Positions 61,278-64,000 of a DNA stretch of 64,000 nucleotides are shown one piece after another. The translations under genes and the position numbers were made by a program. The first letter of the stretch is position 1. Each line of letters starts with the position of its first letter. A model generated the notes under the pieces. The model saw nothing but the letters and a program-made list of their open reading frames with translations. It had not been told where the DNA came from and did not search any database. This stretch comes from Eledone cirrhosa. Lineage: Eukaryota. The stretch spans positions 4,464,001 through 4,528,000 of the forward strand of contig OZ024763.1 of the NCBI GenBank assembly GCA_964016885.1. Reading direction: 5' to 3'.

Positions 61278-61885
61278 ATGGTGGCTGCCAACTCGTTTTC
61301 GAGTACGGCCACTACTTTATATCCATGTAGGAGAACCCCTACCAATGCGCTGAACAAGTGTGACTTTTTAGTCCAGCCAGCGACTTAAAAACTCTGGTAC
61401 AAACACTACACTTGTGACAATTATTGACACATAGTGCTGGGCCCATGGTACCATGTGACGACAAGTGCAGAGAGATCTCCAGATATAAAGCAATGCCTGT
61501 GCCGTGAAGCTTTTATAGAGAGCAAAGGCACTGCACAAAGCCAGTCCCACTTTCTTAACCAAGATGATATTTACCAAAAAGAAAAACAAGTCAACATCAT
61601 TGGATACCATCAGGGTTGCAGGTGTTATATCAGAGTTTTCCTTCTCCTAGAATTCTGCCTTGACAAAGGCTAAGGGGTCATCTCTCCCGGTGATTTTGGA
61701 TGGCCATTGACTCTTAAGAGCTTCTTTGCCCTTTGACAGGTTTTGTTTTTAGTCCTGCAGGATGTCCAAAGTCACCCTCCTCACCAAGAAACCTTGGTGG
61801 GGTTGCCAGTTTAGTCGCCAACGACCCGACCATGAGACAGGTTGTACTGGGATACATGTTACCAGTAGCACCAACTGGTGACCTG
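61278..61885. mobile_element. Dispersed non-coding repeat, copy 2 (longer)
   Basis: Near-identical to 7228-7715, extends ~120 bp further and abuts (TACA)n. Confidence 0.78.
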
Positions 61886-62146
61886 ACATACATACATACA
61901 TACATACATACATACATACATACATACATACATACATACATACATACATACATACATACATACATACATACATACATACATACATACATACATACATTCA
62001 CACACATACATACATTTAACATTATGTAGTCGTGACAACCACGATATTGAGAACAGAAAGCAATTTTGCTAACCTTGAAGTTCTTTAAATCACACACACA
62101 ACACCACACCACACCACACCACACCACACCACACACATACACACAT

Positions 62147-62204
<58 letters not shown>

Positions 62205-62259
62205 AAATAAATGTATATAAATGTTTAATATACACATATGTGCATATATATATATATTC

Positions 62260-62298
<39 letters not shown>

Positions 62299-62689
62299 TA
62301 CACATGTATATATATATATATACATTTGTCTGTCTATTAATCTTCACTCTTTCTGTCTCTCTGTGCTTTCCCCCTCACACTATCTCTCTTCTGTCTTCCC
62401 CCTCATTGACTCTAATACCCACCTCCATCATTTACCTGTCCAATACATCAGATGAAACCCCACCAATTACTCAATCTACCATCCTCTATAAGGATTCTCT
62501 CCCCTTTCTTCCACTCTTTTCATTTCTCTCCTTCCCTTCTCTTTATTCTTTTCCTTCATTTCTACTTTCACTTTCGTCTAATAACTTTTGTTTTTTCCCT
62601 AATTTATTCTTACGTTCTCTTTTAATTTCTCTTCGTTTCAATAATTTTCTTCTTTCTCTTTTATTCATGTATTTTTCTCCTTCATTCTT

Positions 62690-63115
62690 ACTTTCTTTTT
62701 CTTTCTTTCCCCGCTTCATTCATTCTTTTTCTTTCTTTCCCTGCTTCATTCATTCTTTTTCTTTCTTTCCCTGCTTCATTCATTCTTTTTCTTTCTTTCC
62801 CTGCTTCATTCATTCTTTTTCTTTCATTCACTCTTTATTCCTTTTTCTTTCTTTCACTGCTTCATTCATTCTTTTTCTTTCTTTCACTGCTTCATTCATT
62901 CTTTTTCTTTCATTCACTCTTTATTCCTTTCTTTTTCTTTCTTTCCCTGCTTCATTTATTCTTTTTCTTTCTTTCACTGCTTCATTCATTCTTTTTCTTT
63001 CTTTCACTCTTTATTCCTTTCTTTTTCTTTCTTTCCCTGCTTCATTAATTCTTTTTCTTTCTTTCCCTGCTTCATTAATTCTTTTTCTTTCTTTCACTGC
63101 TTCATTCATTCTTTG
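62690..63115. repeat. ~30-bp pyrimidine-rich minisatellite
   Basis: Unit CTTTCTTTCCCTGCTTCATTCATTCTTTTT and variants. Confidence 0.88.
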
Positions 63116-63555
63116 TTTTAATTTCTTTCACCAATTCTTACGTTTTTTAATTATTTTTCTTAGTTTCGTTCATTATTTTGTTTTGTTTTTTCCTTTCATT
63201 TATTATTTCTTTCTTCTCTATCCCTTATTTCTTTCTCCTCCAACCCCCAACCTACCATCACCTCTCTTCTTTTCTCGCTCTCTTTCATTGTAGTCTTTCT
63301 TCATCTTTCTTTTTCTTTATTCTTTTCTATTATTCTTTCTCTCTTTCTCTTTCACTAATTCATTCTTACTTTCTTTTCTTTTCTAATTTGTTTTCTTCAT
63401 ATCATTCATTAGTTCTTTCTATTTCATCTATAACTTCATTTTTTTGTCTCTCCCTCTCTTTATTCTTTTCTTTTCTCCTTTTTCTCCCCCCCCCCTTCAG
63501 TTTATTCTGTTTGTCTCTCTGTCTGTCTATCTGTTTGTCTTTCTCTGTCAGCAAA

Positions 63556-63672
63556 TGACGTCAAAGTTGAGAAAGGTGTTGGGAGTGGGGTTTATGTTGG
63601 GGTGGGGCGGAATAGTTGTTCTTTGTAAGTTTCTTTAAACACCAAGTCATGAGAAAGCTAGCTAGACACGTG
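63556..63672. promoter_or_regulatory. Candidate cis-regulatory cluster (CRE site, GC box, E-box)
   Basis: TGACGTCA 63556-63563, GGGGCGG 63604-63610 and CACGTG 63667-63672 in a non-repetitive island. Confidence 0.3.
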
Positions 63673-64000
63673 ACCACCGACAGAACCAACAGCCATTTCA
63701 AGTCAAGGAGTGAGTGTCTACGTGTTTGTTTGTTTGACCAGCTAGAAATAGCAGCCAAATCTCGTAGTCATAATCCATCGTGAACAGACCACCATCACAA
63801 TTACTAGCGCTACGACCACCACAATCACCACCACCACAATCACCAACAACAACACCAGCACGGCCACCAACAACAATACCACCACCACCACAACAACACC
63901 ACCACCACCACCACCACCACCACCACCACCACCACCACAACAACACCACCACCACAATCTCTCTCTCTCTCTCCCCCATTTCATATCACGTTGCTCTAGT

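Overview
Eukaryotic, repeat-dominated, apparently non-genic DNA. The SINE families and microsatellite load look like an octopus (coleoid cephalopod) genome, which is an inference from recognition, not a search. I can support no intact host gene, rRNA or true tRNA; almost all long ORFs in the track are translations of simple repeats. The window holds decayed retroelements (Penelope-like RT+GIY-YIG, and RTE, CRE-, R4-, Tx1- and CR1-like LINE pieces), many tRNA-derived SINEs, a non-autonomous Helitron and a 218-bp TGT..ACA MITE with a 4-bp TSD. It also holds about a dozen homogeneous minisatellites and very long microsatellites. Three non-obvious signals stand out. (1) A multi-hairpin element occurs twice (19.3 kb and 48.8 kb), and substitutions in it are mirrored in both arms of each hairpin. 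(2) About 16 hammerhead-ribozyme motifs, some with intact cores, lie mostly in short islands between (TA)n tracts, often with long fold-back repeats. (3) Several ~1-kb minisatellites were demonstrably amplified from pieces of transposons (a CRE ORF, a SINE head, a SINE B-box), and a two-unit precursor state of one is present in the same window.
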